A DNA stretch of 64,000 nt from Acidimicrobiia bacterium. GTDB taxonomy: Bacteria; Actinomycetota; Acidimicrobiia; Spongiisociales; JAENVV01. The position numbers were made by a program, and so were the translations under genes. Of the stretch, positions 38,940 through 48,510 are shown one piece after another. The notes beneath the pieces are model-generated. The model worked only from the letters and a program-made list of their open reading frames with translations, made no database searches and had not been told where the DNA came from. Position 1 is the first letter of the stretch, and every line of letters starts with the position of its first letter. The DNA is taken from positions 1 to 64,000 of the forward strand of contig JBFGJH010000012.1 of the NCBI GenBank assembly GCA_041577335.1. Reading direction: 5' to 3'.

Positions 38940-39515
38940 TCAGCCGGCATGTTCCACGTGGAGGATCGGTTCGCCTCCCAAGAAGACGGGCTCGAGAACC
39001 ACTCCCAACGCATCACCGAACTTGCTGATGGCGATGTATTGGGTGATCACATAGACCGCCTCGACGATCTGGGCCTCGGTGAAGTGTTCGTGAAGGCGGT
39101 CCCACAGGCCTTTGGAAACTCGGTTGGCATCCACGCCGATCTGCACCGTGAGATCGAGGAGGGCACGCTCGGGCTCGGTGAAGAGCGGGCTCGTCTGGTA
39201 CTTGTCGCCGTCGATGGCTGCGATCTTCTCGGCCGTGATTCCAAGGCGCTGTGACACGGCCTCGTGTTGAACGACGCAGTACTGGCACTCGTTGCGGTGG
39301 GTGGCTTTGAGGATCAGCAGTTCCTTTGTCTTCCAGTCCAGCTCGGCGTCCTGGAGCATCTCCATGACCGAATCGGTGAAGATCTTTCCGAGCTTCGGGG
39401 TGTGGCCGAAAACCTTGAAGATGTTCAGCAGCAGCTCGAAGCGCTGCTCGGCGTCGTTGTAGAACTCCTGGGTGAGCTCGTCAGCTTGTTCCCGTTCGAC
39501 GTACGAAACGGCCAT
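38940..39515 (-). CDS. AhpD/carboxymuconolactone decarboxylase family protein
   Basis: KELLIL...NECQYC..QH, FTE.E.A.L; GAGG RBS. Confidence 0.87.
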   Translation of the reverse strand: MAVSYVEREQADELTQEFYNDAEQRFELLLNIFKVFGHTPKLGKIFTDSVMEMLQDAELDWKTKELLILKATHRNECQYCVVQHEAVSQRLGITAEKIAAIDGDKYQTSPLFTEPERALLDLTVQIGVDANRVSKGLWDRLHEHFTEAQIVEAVYVITQYIAISKFGDALGVVLEPVFLGGEPILHVEHAG

Positions 39516-39575
39516 GTGCAATTCCTCCTGATCGGCTGGCGACACGTCGGTGCCCCTATTGGGAAGGTACGCCAA

Positions 39576-39597
39576 TTCTGTAGCGTGCGCTGCAAAA
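39576..39597. promoter_or_regulatory. Probable TetR operator
   Basis: Imperfect palindrome TTCTGTAGCG-TG-CGCTGCAAAA between divergent AhpD and TetR genes. Confidence 0.5.
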
Positions 39598-39696
39598 CGT
39601 CGGGTTTTTCGGTGGATACTGTCGGACCTACGACAGTGCGCCAAGTTTCTCGATACGAGCAACCACTGCCGACACGGAGTTTCTAGGCTGGCTGAT

Positions 39697-40272
39697 ATGG
39701 CAACCACCACGCCAGGCCGGCCACGGTCATTCGATGTCGATGCCGTCGTTGACGGTGCGCTCGACCTGTTCTGGGCGCAGGGATATCGAGAAACCTCGAC
39801 GCGCGATCTCGAGCGGGCCCTAGGCGTGGGCCAGTCGAGCCTTTACAACACCTTCGGCTCCAAGCGTGACCTCCTCTTGCGGGCTCTGGATCTCTACGAA
39901 GCGAACGTCAAGGACGACTTGCTGGTCCACCTCGAGCCCAAGGGTGGGCTCAGGGCCGTTGATACCTTTTTGGCGGCGCTCGCCGAATGGATCATCGCAT
40001 CCGACCTCCGTGGGTGTCTCGTCGTGAGCCTCATGTCGGCCGGCGACGGCGATCCGGTCATCGACGAGCGCGTCTCCGAGTACCGGGCCGGCATCCGCCG
40101 AGCGCTTCTGGGAGCGATGGACGGCACGGCCCCGGCGGCAGAGGTTGCTGCGAGAGCGGAGGCGCTCGTGGCGGCGTGCTTCGGTGTGCAAGCGATCGCG
40201 CGGTCGAGCGATCCCGCTGAGGTGCGGGCGATCGTCGAAGGGATCCGCTCCGTCGTCGCAGCCTGGGGTTAG
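39697..40272 (+). CDS. TetR family regulator (NemR/ComR-like)
   Basis: GRPRSFD, FW.QGY..TS..DL...G....SLYNTFGSK, GCL. Confidence 0.92.
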   Translation: MATTTPGRPRSFDVDAVVDGALDLFWAQGYRETSTRDLERALGVGQSSLYNTFGSKRDLLLRALDLYEANVKDDLLVHLEPKGGLRAVDTFLAALAEWIIASDLRGCLVVSLMSAGDGDPVIDERVSEYRAGIRRALLGAMDGTAPAAEVAARAEALVAACFGVQAIARSSDPAEVRAIVEGIRSVVAAWG

Positions 40273-40285
40273 GCCGCTCGCCAGG

Positions 40286-40948
40286 TCACTGCTCTGGCGC
40301 CGGGCGCCGATTTCCGTAGGTATCCCATGATGTGACCTTGTCGATCGGCTTGCGGGGGGCAACGCCGAATCGACCGAGCGGCCTCCCAACGGGCACCAGC
40401 GCAACGATGTCGTGGTGGTCCTTGAGGCCCACCATTGCCTTGACCTCGTCGTGATAGACGCGAAAGACCGTGGTAAGCGTGGTGCCCAGGCCGACATCGC
40501 GCGCGGCCAGCATGAAGTTCTGGACGGCGGGGAAGATCGAGGCTTCCAGGCCGCCGATATCGAGTGACCCCTCTTCATCCTCGAGCGTGTTCTGGTATCG
40601 GGCCAGACAGAACAGCACGAACGGAGTCTGTTCGAGGTTGTTGGCAAGATGGCGGGTGAGGTCGACACCGCGCAGGAACGACGCCTCCGAAGCAGGGTTG
40701 GGAAACGGCGGAAGCGAATCGAGCACCGCTGCCAGGTATCGGTCGGTGGCCCGCCGATAGACGTCCGCGATCTTCGTCCGTTGGCCAGGGTCGGTGACGA
40801 CGACGAAGTGCCACGGTTGGACGTTGCCGCCGCTGGGAGCCTGGATGGCGGCCCGCAGGCAGTGCCAGATCTCCCGGTCGGTGATCGGTGGGTCATTGGT
40901 GAGGCGACGCATCGCTCTCGTGGTCATCAGTGCGTCGTACAACTCCAT
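40286..40948 (-). CDS. Nitroreductase family protein
   Basis: TTRAMRR, APSGGN.QPW.F, SIFPAVQNFMLAAR..GLG. Confidence 0.9.
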   Translation of the reverse strand: MELYDALMTTRAMRRLTNDPPITDREIWHCLRAAIQAPSGGNVQPWHFVVVTDPGQRTKIADVYRRATDRYLAAVLDSLPPFPNPASEASFLRGVDLTRHLANNLEQTPFVLFCLARYQNTLEDEEGSLDIGGLEASIFPAVQNFMLAARDVGLGTTLTTVFRVYHDEVKAMVGLKDHHDIVALVPVGRPLGRFGVAPRKPIDKVTSWDTYGNRRPAPEQ

Positions 40949-41736
40949 CAGCGACCCTCAAACTGCGGAGGCCGCTTCTCTCGCCACGCAGCCAGGGCCT
41001 CCTGGTGATCGGCGGACCGAAAGGTGTCGATTTCCAGCGACGTGGCGAGATCGAAGGACGTCGCCGCCACCTGTTTGATCCAGGCATTGATGGCACGTTT
41101 GGTGTATTGAACAGCCAGCGGAGCGCCGGCGGCGAGCCGGTGGGCGTGACCCAAGGCGGCCGGCAGAAGCTCATCGGACGGTACGACCATCGCCGCCAGA
41201 CCCAATCGGAATGCCTCTGAGGCGGTGACCGGATCGCCTGTGAGGAGAAATCGTTTCGCCAACATCGGCCCGAGCGCCATCGGCCAAGCCACGGTGCCGC
41301 CGTCCCCGGCCACGATTCCCATGCGCACATGGGGGTCGGAGATCATCGAGTCCTCGGCCATGACGACGACATCGCACAACAACGCGATTGACGCTCCCAG
41401 GCCAACGGCCGGGCCGTTCAGCGCAGCGACGATCGGAAGGTCCACGTCGAGGAGGTCATAGATGAGGGAGCGGGCGTCTTCGTGGAGGGCGGCAAGTTTG
41501 GCCTCGTCCTGCATGTCCGGGAACCAATTGAAGTCGCCCCCTGCCGAGAACACGTTGCCCGAGCCGGTCAGGAGCACGGCGCGGGCCGATTCTTCTGCCT
41601 TGAGATCTGCGAAGAGCTGGGTCAGGTCGTGGTGCATTTGACCGTCGACGGCATTGAGGGAACTATCCGGTCGATCGAGCGTCGCTATGAGCACGTCGCC
41701 GTCCCGCTGGATTCGGACGGTCTCGTAGTCGCTCAC
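40948..41736 (-). CDS. Enoyl-CoA hydratase/isomerase family protein
   Basis: FSAGGD, NGPAVGLG, DPHVRMGIVAGDGG. Confidence 0.9.
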   Translation of the reverse strand: MSDYETVRIQRDGDVLIATLDRPDSSLNAVDGQMHHDLTQLFADLKAEESARAVLLTGSGNVFSAGGDFNWFPDMQDEAKLAALHEDARSLIYDLLDVDLPIVAALNGPAVGLGASIALLCDVVVMAEDSMISDPHVRMGIVAGDGGTVAWPMALGPMLAKRFLLTGDPVTASEAFRLGLAAMVVPSDELLPAALGHAHRLAAGAPLAVQYTKRAINAWIKQVAATSFDLATSLEIDTFRSADHQEALAAWREKRPPQFEGR

Positions 41737-42848
41737 GAGGGCTGCGGTTCTTTGGGAAGGCCCAGGATGCGTTCGCCGATGATGTTGCGGAGCACCTGCG
41801 ACGTTCCTCCCCCGATGGTGAGCGCTCGCGAGAACAGGTATCCCCAATGCCAGATGTCGTCCTCCTCGGAGCCGTCGTGTTGGGGGCCGACGAGCCCGGC
41901 CGGGCCTCGCAGGTCCTTGGCGAGGCTCATCAGCTTCTGGCCATGCTGGTCGGCAACGAACTTCTTGAGTGCGGCGACCGTTGCGGGACTTTGGCCGGCC
42001 TTGATCTGGGTCGCGATCCGGTATCCGAGCAGTTGCAGAATCCGCGCCTCGGTGTAGATCTTGGCAGCGCGATCACGGTGAAGGGGGTCCGTCACACCAT
42101 GGCTACGCAGCATGTCGAAGAAGTCGACCGCGGTGGGGCCCATACCCCACAGCACGCCCCCCTCTGACAACGAGACGCGTTCGTTGCCGAGCGTGATGTT
42201 GGCGAATGTCCAGCCTTCCCCTTCTTGGCCAATGCGATGCTCCAGTGGCACCCGGACATCCGCTAGGAACACCTCGTTGAAATGGGCCTGGCCGGTCATT
42301 TCCCGAATCAACCGGGTTTCGACGCCGTCCGTTTTCATATCGAGCAAGAAATACGTGATGCCCAGGTGTTTGGGAGCGTCAGGATCGGTGCGAGCCAGCA
42401 AGATCCCCCAATCGGCTTTGTGCGCCCACGTTGTCCAGATCTTCGAGCCGTTGATGACGTACGTGTCGCCATCGCGCACCGCCCTCGTGGTGAGCGACGC
42501 CAAGTCGGATCCCGCTCCCGGCTCGCTGAACAGTTGGCACCAGTACTCCTCGCCTGAAAGCAACGACGGAAGGAACCGTTCCTTCTGCTGGTCGGTGCCA
42601 CCGGCCAAAATCGTCGGGGCGGCCCAGCCGATCCCGATCGGGTTGTCTGGCATTGCCACTCCCGCCAGCTCCTCGTCGATGATCAATTGGTGCTCGATGT
42701 CGGCCCCGAGGCCCCAAGGAGGCGCCCAATGGGGTACCACGTAGCCGGCGTCGCGTAAGTCTGTTCCGGTCGGGTGGGGATGAAGCTCGAGCCATTCGCG
42801 CACCTCGATACGACGAGGGTCGTCAGCAGGGGGCAGGTCGAAATCCAT
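41733..42848 (-). CDS. Acyl-CoA dehydrogenase family protein
   Basis: WCQLFSEPGAGSDLA, NGSKIWT, FNEVFL, TIGGGTS. Confidence 0.92.
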   Translation of the reverse strand: MDFDLPPADDPRRIEVREWLELHPHPTGTDLRDAGYVVPHWAPPWGLGADIEHQLIIDEELAGVAMPDNPIGIGWAAPTILAGGTDQQKERFLPSLLSGEEYWCQLFSEPGAGSDLASLTTRAVRDGDTYVINGSKIWTTWAHKADWGILLARTDPDAPKHLGITYFLLDMKTDGVETRLIREMTGQAHFNEVFLADVRVPLEHRIGQEGEGWTFANITLGNERVSLSEGGVLWGMGPTAVDFFDMLRSHGVTDPLHRDRAAKIYTEARILQLLGYRIATQIKAGQSPATVAALKKFVADQHGQKLMSLAKDLRGPAGLVGPQHDGSEEDDIWHWGYLFSRALTIGGGTSQVLRNIIGERILGLPKEPQPS

Positions 42849-43984
42849 CAGATCTGGGCGACGCTGGTCTCGAGGCCGAATGTCGCCCGGCCAATCACCT
42901 CAAAAAGACGCGGGGCAACCATGGCGTGCTGGGTGGCGACGTGCACGTCCCGGAATGCCTTTTCCAGCGGGCTGGACCGGTACACGGCCGTCCCGCCTGC
43001 TGCGTGGTAGCAGAGGTCGACCGCTTTGGCAGCCTGGATGGCGGCGTTGGTGGCACCGAGACGCAAGTCGAAGCGTGCTCGCTCGGGTGCCTCGCCTTTC
43101 TGTACCGTCTCCCACGCACGGTGCGCACCGTCGTGGAGGAGGAGTCGGGCCGAGCGATGCGCAGCGGTCGCTTCGGCCACCTGCGACTGGATCACCGGTC
43201 GCTCGGCAAGGGTGCGGCCGCTCCCGGCAGGCTTCTTCGTGGCGGCGAGCTCGATCAGCTCGTCGATGGCCCGATGGGCTACCCCCAACGCCACGGCCGC
43301 GACCCCTACCGCGAGAGCTCCATAGAAGGGGAACCGATACAGGGGCCGTTCGATGCGAGGAGCTTGGCCTATCTCGAACCAGCGACCTTCGGGGACAAAC
43401 GCATCGGAGACGACATAGTCGGTCGACCCGGTGCCTTTCATACCCAGTACCTGCCACGTGTCGAGCAGCTCGAACTGACCTGGCTCGAAAAAGACGAATG
43501 GTGCGCGCAGGCCATCGGGTCGAGGCTGGGGCCGACCGTCGGCATCGACGATCAGTGTGCCCCCGCCGAGAAACGTGCAGTGATGGCTTCCCGATCCCCA
43601 CGCCCATCGCCCAGTCACGGTGAGGCCTCCGGCCGTCTCTCTCGCCTTCCCGACCGGAGCCGCGAACCCGCCTGTCCATGCCCCGGCTGGGCCGTAGATC
43701 TGTTCGGCGAAGTCGGCGGGTAGGAAGCCTGCGGCAAGCGAGGTGGTGGCGGAGATCATTGCACACCACCCAAGCGCGCCTTCGTGGTACGCCAGCGACT
43801 CCAACATCGGGAGGAGATCAGGGATCGGCATCTCAGCCGCCCCCAGCTCGGCTGGAGCCAAGGCTCGACACAGGCCGGTCGCCGTCAGCGCATTGGCGAT
43901 GTCGTCGGGGAGATAACCGAGCTGTTCGATTTCCTCGGCACGGTCGCCGGCGGTCTTGCCGAGCGAAGTGAGGTCACCATTCAT
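42848..43984 (-). CDS. ACAD-fold flavin-dependent monooxygenase (HsaA-like)
   Basis: GRWAWGSG, DTW...GMKGTGS.D, LEKAFRDVHVATQH. Confidence 0.85.
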   Translation of the reverse strand: MNGDLTSLGKTAGDRAEEIEQLGYLPDDIANALTATGLCRALAPAELGAAEMPIPDLLPMLESLAYHEGALGWCAMISATTSLAAGFLPADFAEQIYGPAGAWTGGFAAPVGKARETAGGLTVTGRWAWGSGSHHCTFLGGGTLIVDADGRPQPRPDGLRAPFVFFEPGQFELLDTWQVLGMKGTGSTDYVVSDAFVPEGRWFEIGQAPRIERPLYRFPFYGALAVGVAAVALGVAHRAIDELIELAATKKPAGSGRTLAERPVIQSQVAEATAAHRSARLLLHDGAHRAWETVQKGEAPERARFDLRLGATNAAIQAAKAVDLCYHAAGGTAVYRSSPLEKAFRDVHVATQHAMVAPRLFEVIGRATFGLETSVAQI

Positions 43985-44178
43985 GGCCACGACGCTAGTT
44001 GAAATACGCGGACAGTCGAGGCAGCGGGCGGTCAGCTTGGCGTCGACGATGCGGATATGGCTAGTGCACCCCCGGCCCCCGAAGTCGACCGGATCTCCAA
44101 GCAATACTCCGAGTGACGGATACTGTCCTGGTGCGGTGGCGAGAGCAACGACCGGTCGCATCCCTCTAAGCTCGAGGC

Positions 44179-44667
44179 ATGGCACGTTTTTCAGATTCAC
44201 CGGTTGTTGAGGTGTCGGTCCTGGTCGATGCTCCCGCGGCCGCAGTATGGAATTTGGTGACTGACATCAATATCCCGGCCCGTTTCCAGGATGAGTTCCA
44301 GGGAGCTGAGTGGGACACGTCCGAGCGGGGCCTCGGCGCGACATTCCACGGTAGGAACGCACGCGAAGATCGTGAATGGGAGACAACATCTTGGGTCACG
44401 GCTTACGAGCCCGAACGGACGTTCGGTTGGTCGGTGAGCGATCCCGAAGATCCGGGAGCCACCTGGACGTACCTTCTCGAGCCGCATGAGGACGGTACGA
44501 AGCTGACTTTCCGCCGCCGCCTCGGTCCCGGACCGAGTGGCATCACCCGGATCATCGCCAAATACCCTGACCAAGAAGAGGACATCATTGAACGGCGCGA
44601 CGCAGTTCACCGCTTCAACATGCAGGCCGTCGTCGAGGGGATCAAGATTCTCGCCGAGACCGGTTAG
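44179..44667 (+). CDS. SRPBCC/polyketide cyclase family protein
   Basis: V.APAAAVWNLVTD, G..F.GRN, P.R.F.W. Confidence 0.85.
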   Translation: MARFSDSPVVEVSVLVDAPAAAVWNLVTDINIPARFQDEFQGAEWDTSERGLGATFHGRNAREDREWETTSWVTAYEPERTFGWSVSDPEDPGATWTYLLEPHEDGTKLTFRRRLGPGPSGITRIIAKYPDQEEDIIERRDAVHRFNMQAVVEGIKILAETG

Positions 44668-44703
44668 GCGACGCAGGGCCCCCGAGACAGGTATGACCCG
44701 CGG

Positions 44704-45270
44704 CTAATCAGGCCGTAGCTCACGGTCATGGTGAGCCGGCAGCCGACCGTCGTCGGGCCCGAGAGCAGGCACCGGCATCGACCGGGCGGAGAGCACTTCG
44801 GCGATGTGGTTTGCCCAGGCCCGAATCGTGTCCCACGACCGGAAATCCCCGTACGGCGCTTTGACGAGTTTGACGATGGCTTTCTCACCGAGGCTCAGGT
44901 TGGCTTTGTCGAGGCTTCCGGCGAACACCGCATGATCACGTACCTTAACGAGCGCCGTGAGGTCGTCGAGGTCGGCGGGGTTTTCCGTGGGCTTGGGCGG
45001 GTCACCGAGCGGACCCGATGAGAACAACCAGACAGGAATGGATTCCAATTGGGCGGCGTGGTCGCTCACGAAGGCCATTGCCTCGGGCCGCCAGCGTCCG
45101 GCGTACACGGCACTGCCGACGATGACGGCATCGAACCCGTCGACATCGGTAGCCGCGTCACATGCCTGTGTGGTGGTTTCCATGCCCTTTTGTTCGAGCA
45201 CGCCGGCGATCTCGTCGGCGATGTCGCGGGTGGCGCCGTACTTGGAAGCGACAGCGATCAGAACGTTCAT
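44704..45270 (-). CDS. Long-chain flavodoxin-domain protein (HemG-like)
   Basis: ASKYGATRDIA, GSAVYAGRW, WLFSSGPLG, GDFR.W..I..WA. Confidence 0.88.
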   Translation of the reverse strand: MNVLIAVASKYGATRDIADEIAGVLEQKGMETTTQACDAATDVDGFDAVIVGSAVYAGRWRPEAMAFVSDHAAQLESIPVWLFSSGPLGDPPKPTENPADLDDLTALVKVRDHAVFAGSLDKANLSLGEKAIVKLVKAPYGDFRSWDTIRAWANHIAEVLSARSMPVPALGPDDGRLPAHHDRELRPD

Positions 45271-45401
45271 CTCATGCCTCTCGCTCGACGCTTTTGTTGT
45301 ATCGAGTCAAGGCGGAAATCGTCCAGAGGAAAAGGTCCCAAAGCGGAGCCCAGAGATGAGTCGGCCTCGGGTTGACGGCGCTGCCGGGATCGGCCCGCAG
45401 A

Positions 45402-46106
45402 TCAGTCGGGCGTCGGCCCGGCCACTTCGATCGATTCCTCGAGAAAGACGGTGTTCGGCACTTCTACATAGCCGCCATTGTCGTTGGCCACCCGTGCCGA
45501 CGACAGGCCCAGTTCGACGATGGTTCCGGCGAACTTGCCATTTCTCACGTGCTGACCCACATGGAAGCGTTCGCTGACATGGCGACCGGCGGCGACCTGG
45601 CGGGCCAGCGGCACTGAGCCGAGCCCGAACGCGAGTGCTCCTGCCAGGGCAAAAGCGCCGACCACGGCAGCGATCATGATGACGATCAATTCGGTGGATA
45701 CGCCCAGCTGGTCGAGCGCAATGATCGACCCGACCGCGATGATCGCGGCTTTCACGAAACGCGCCACCCGCTGAGCGACGACGCTCGACCATGATCGGAG
45801 CGCTCTAGCTGTCAAGCCGGCAGCGATACGGCCCAACAAGATGGCGAGGATCACGATGATGCCCGAGAGCAACAGACTGGGGAGGGAGCGAACCATGCTG
45901 ACGACGAGTGTGTCGGCCGTCGCTGGGTTCAATGCAACAGCAAGGGCGGCGAGCCCGACCAGCACCGAGGCCAAGATCACGAACCCGGTCAGGTTCCGTC
46001 GCGATGATTCGGAAAGGAGATTGCCGCTCTTGCGACCCACGTAGACACGAATGCCAACGCCGGCGACCAAGACAGCCGCCGGTATTCCAATCAAGTACCA
46101 GTTCAT
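45402..46106 (-). CDS. Small MscS-like mechanosensitive channel domain protein
   Basis: Multiple TMs, ALDQLGV...ALAFGLG...GQ.V......G.I.E.....V.VPN; ATG overlaps anti-sigma stop. Confidence 0.78.
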   Translation of the reverse strand: MNWYLIGIPAAVLVAGVGIRVYVGRKSGNLLSESSRRNLTGFVILASVLVGLAALAVALNPATADTLVVSMVRSLPSLLLSGIIVILAILLGRIAAGLTARALRSWSSVVAQRVARFVKAAIIAVGSIIALDQLGVSTELIVIMIAAVVGAFALAGALAFGLGSVPLARQVAAGRHVSERFHVGQHVRNGKFAGTIVELGLSSARVANDNGGYVEVPNTVFLEESIEVAGPTPD

Positions 46107-46366
46107 GTGCCGTTCCTCACTAGGTAGGTGATCAATGCCCGACCGAAGCGGCTGCCCACGTCGATGACGGTGGCTGCCACCTCTCGGGTAGAGAAGTCGA
46201 TTCGCACTGCCCGCATGGTTTGCTCGGTGACGTCCGACGCTCGATCCCCGAGCGCATTCTCCATTCGCTCCTGGCAACGCTCGCACTCGCCGACATGGTC
46301 GATGAGGTCATCCCGCTGACCGGCGAAGAAGCGCTCAAACTCTTGGTCGTCGACGTTGCAGATCAT
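46103..46366 (-). CDS. Short soluble zinc-binding anti-sigma factor (ZAS)
   Basis: 87 aa, N-terminal Cys plus HVGECERC (HxxxCxxC); coupled to sigma by 4-bp overlap. Confidence 0.75.
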   Translation of the reverse strand: MICNVDDQEFERFFAGQRDDLIDHVGECERCQERMENALGDRASDVTEQTMRAVRIDFSTREVAATVIDVGSRFGRALITYLVRNGT

Positions 46367-46896
46367 CGCCAGGCTTCCATGGAGTCGCCGACGCGTCGGC
46401 GGGCCCGATGGATCCGAGTGCGAACGGTGTTCAGGGGCACACCGAGCTCAGCGGCGATCTGTTCATATGACGCTCCATCGCGTTCCCGCATCACGTACGG
46501 CTCACGAAGCTCTGGCGCGAGCTGACCGATGGCAACTTCCCACGCGTCCGAGATTGCGTGTTCCATCGCCGAGTCTTCCGCGGTGGGGTTGGTGCTTGTT
46601 TCCGGCATTTCTTCAACGGGGAGTTCCCTCCTCCGCTCGATGTGGTTGAGGGCCAGGTTCGTGGCGATTCGATAGACCCACGACCGAAACTTGGCGTCAC
46701 CTCTGAATTCGGGGAGGGCTCGCCATGCGCGAAAGAACGCCTCTTGGGCAACATCTTCGGCCGTTGCCTGGTTCCGGACCACCCGCATGGCTGTGGCGGT
46801 GATGAAAGCCTGGTGTCGTACCACGAGCACTTCGAACGCTCCGACGTCTCCGCTCTGGGCGCGCTCCACCAGTTCTCGATCTGACCGTTCATGCAC
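46363..46896 (-). CDS. ECF sigma-70 family factor
   Basis: AEDVAQEAF, FRSWVYRIATN, SYEQIA..LG.P.NTVRTRIHRAR. Confidence 0.93.
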   Translation of the reverse strand: MHERSDRELVERAQSGDVGAFEVLVVRHQAFITATAMRVVRNQATAEDVAQEAFFRAWRALPEFRGDAKFRSWVYRIATNLALNHIERRRELPVEEMPETSTNPTAEDSAMEHAISDAWEVAIGQLAPELREPYVMRERDGASYEQIAAELGVPLNTVRTRIHRARRRVGDSMEAWR

Positions 46897-46939
46897 GATG
46901 CTCTCAAGCTTATGGCGGATCCCGTCCCGAATGCTGTCT

Positions 46940-46967
46940 TAGACCCCGCTGATGGGGAATAGTTCTC
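46940..46967 (-). promoter_or_regulatory. ECF-type promoter for the sigma operon
   Basis: Minus strand GAGAAC-N17-GTCTA. Confidence 0.65.
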
Positions 46968-46974
46968 ATTTGGT

Positions 46975-47002
46975 GAGAACCTCTGGTCTCGACGCGTGTC
47001 CT
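46975..47002 (+). promoter_or_regulatory. ECF-type promoter for mscS
   Basis: GAGAAC-N17-GTCCT. Confidence 0.65.
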
Positions 47003-47076
47003 AGCCAAGACCATCTCCAAACATCTCGCTGAACAAGGAACTTCCATGATTGCCCACGCTCTAACCTCACCTACGC

Positions 47077-47973
47077 ATGATTGAATGGCTCGCCGACCTC
47101 ACGGGCTTGGAAACGAATACGACGGCCAAGATGATCGGCACGGTCGTCACCATCGCGCTTCTGGTCGTGGTGCGAATCGCTGCCAGGCGGGCTGTGTCCA
47201 GACTCGAAGACCACGACGCGTCGTTCCGAGTCAACAAGGGGATCACCTACAGCCTGGTGATCATCGGCGTGTTGGCAGTGGGTTGGATCTGGATCGATGC
47301 GTTTGACAACCTCGCCACCTACTTCGGGTTGGTATCGGCTGGTATTGCAATCGGACTCTCCGATCTCCTCAAGAACATCGTCGGATGGGCCTACATTCTC
47401 AGCAGGCGTCCCTTCAAGATCGGCGACCGTATCGAATTGATGGGTCTCATTGGTGACGTCGTCGACATTCGGTTGTTTCGGTTTTCGGTGCTCGAGGTCG
47501 GAGGTGACCGGGTGTATGCCGAGCAATCGACTGGCCGGCTGGTGCATGTTCCCAACGGTCTGGTCTTCACGGCTCCGGTGGCCAACTTCACTGAAGGATT
47601 TGCGTATGTCTGGCACGAGGTGCCGCTCCTGATCACCTTCGAATCCGACTGGCGAAGAGCCCGGGTGGTGTTGGAGAAAGCGATGCAGAAGTGGGGTACG
47701 GAACACCTCGAGACCAGTGCAGCCGCACTGCGCAAAATGGCCAGGCAATACAACATCAAGGTCGGCTCGCTGTCGCCGATCGCCTACATGACGGTCAAGG
47801 ATTCCGGCGTGCTGCTCTCTGGTCGACTTCTCATCAGCCCTCGCGAGCGGCGCGCCGTTGATGAGGCAATCTGGACTGAGATCCTCGATGCCTTCGCCGA
47901 CGATCCCGACCTTCATTTGGCGTACCCCACGGTGCGCAACGTCGTGGACCTGCAGCGGCCGCTGGAGGCCTGA
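47077..47973 (+). CDS. MscS family mechanosensitive channel
   Basis: 3 TMs, RPFKIGDRIE, GDV.DI, VPN. Confidence 0.9.
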   Translation: MIEWLADLTGLETNTTAKMIGTVVTIALLVVVRIAARRAVSRLEDHDASFRVNKGITYSLVIIGVLAVGWIWIDAFDNLATYFGLVSAGIAIGLSDLLKNIVGWAYILSRRPFKIGDRIELMGLIGDVVDIRLFRFSVLEVGGDRVYAEQSTGRLVHVPNGLVFTAPVANFTEGFAYVWHEVPLLITFESDWRRARVVLEKAMQKWGTEHLETSAAALRKMARQYNIKVGSLSPIAYMTVKDSGVLLSGRLLISPRERRAVDEAIWTEILDAFADDPDLHLAYPTVRNVVDLQRPLEA

Positions 47974-47989
47974 GGCCGGTCCTGACGAA

Positions 47990-48017
47990 GAGAACTTCAT
48001 GCTCGGCTTCGGGTCTT
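47990..48017 (+). promoter_or_regulatory. ECF-type promoter for LapA-like gene
   Basis: GAGAAC-N17-GTCTT. Confidence 0.65.
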
Positions 48018-48047
48018 AGAGACTCAACATCCAGAAGGGAGTGCCTC

Positions 48048-48476
48048 ATGGCACGCGACAAAAAGAACAAACCAAAAAAGGTGTACAAAGGCACAGGGCT
48101 CTACTGGGGCCTTCTTGCAGTCCTCGTGACCTTGGTCGCCCTCGTCATCCTCGCCGCTCAGAACACCACGCCCGTTCAATTCAGCTTCACCGTGTGGGAC
48201 CTCGAGTACCCGCTGGTGGCCGTCATTCTCGCCACGATCGGCTTCACGATCGTGCTGGACGAGGCTGTCGGCTTCGTGTGGCGCAAGCGCCGCCGCCGCG
48301 TTCTCGCCGAGCGAGCCGAATTGCGCGAGCTGCGTGCCACAGCAGCAGGTGACGGCGAGCCCACGACGGCAGATGCCTCTGTCGGTATTCCAGCCGCCGA
48401 CATCTCGTCCACCGAGGCAGTCGCTGCTGCAGAAGAGCAGCCCGATCTGGCAGAACTGGGGAGTCCCAGCCTGTAG
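48048..48476 (+). CDS. LapA (DUF1049) family membrane protein
   Basis: TM-QNT..V.F.F.W....PL-TM-basic tail. Confidence 0.8.
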   Translation: MARDKKNKPKKVYKGTGLYWGLLAVLVTLVALVILAAQNTTPVQFSFTVWDLEYPLVAVILATIGFTIVLDEAVGFVWRKRRRRVLAERAELRELRATAAGDGEPTTADASVGIPAADISSTEAVAAAEEQPDLAELGSPSL

Positions 48477-48510
48477 ACGGCGCCGCGCATCGCGCGAGCG
48501 GGAGGCGACG

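Noticed and set aside
38684..39515. Selenocysteine recoding in redox proteins
   Set aside because: Active-site positions are ordinary Cys codons; no in-frame TGA needed
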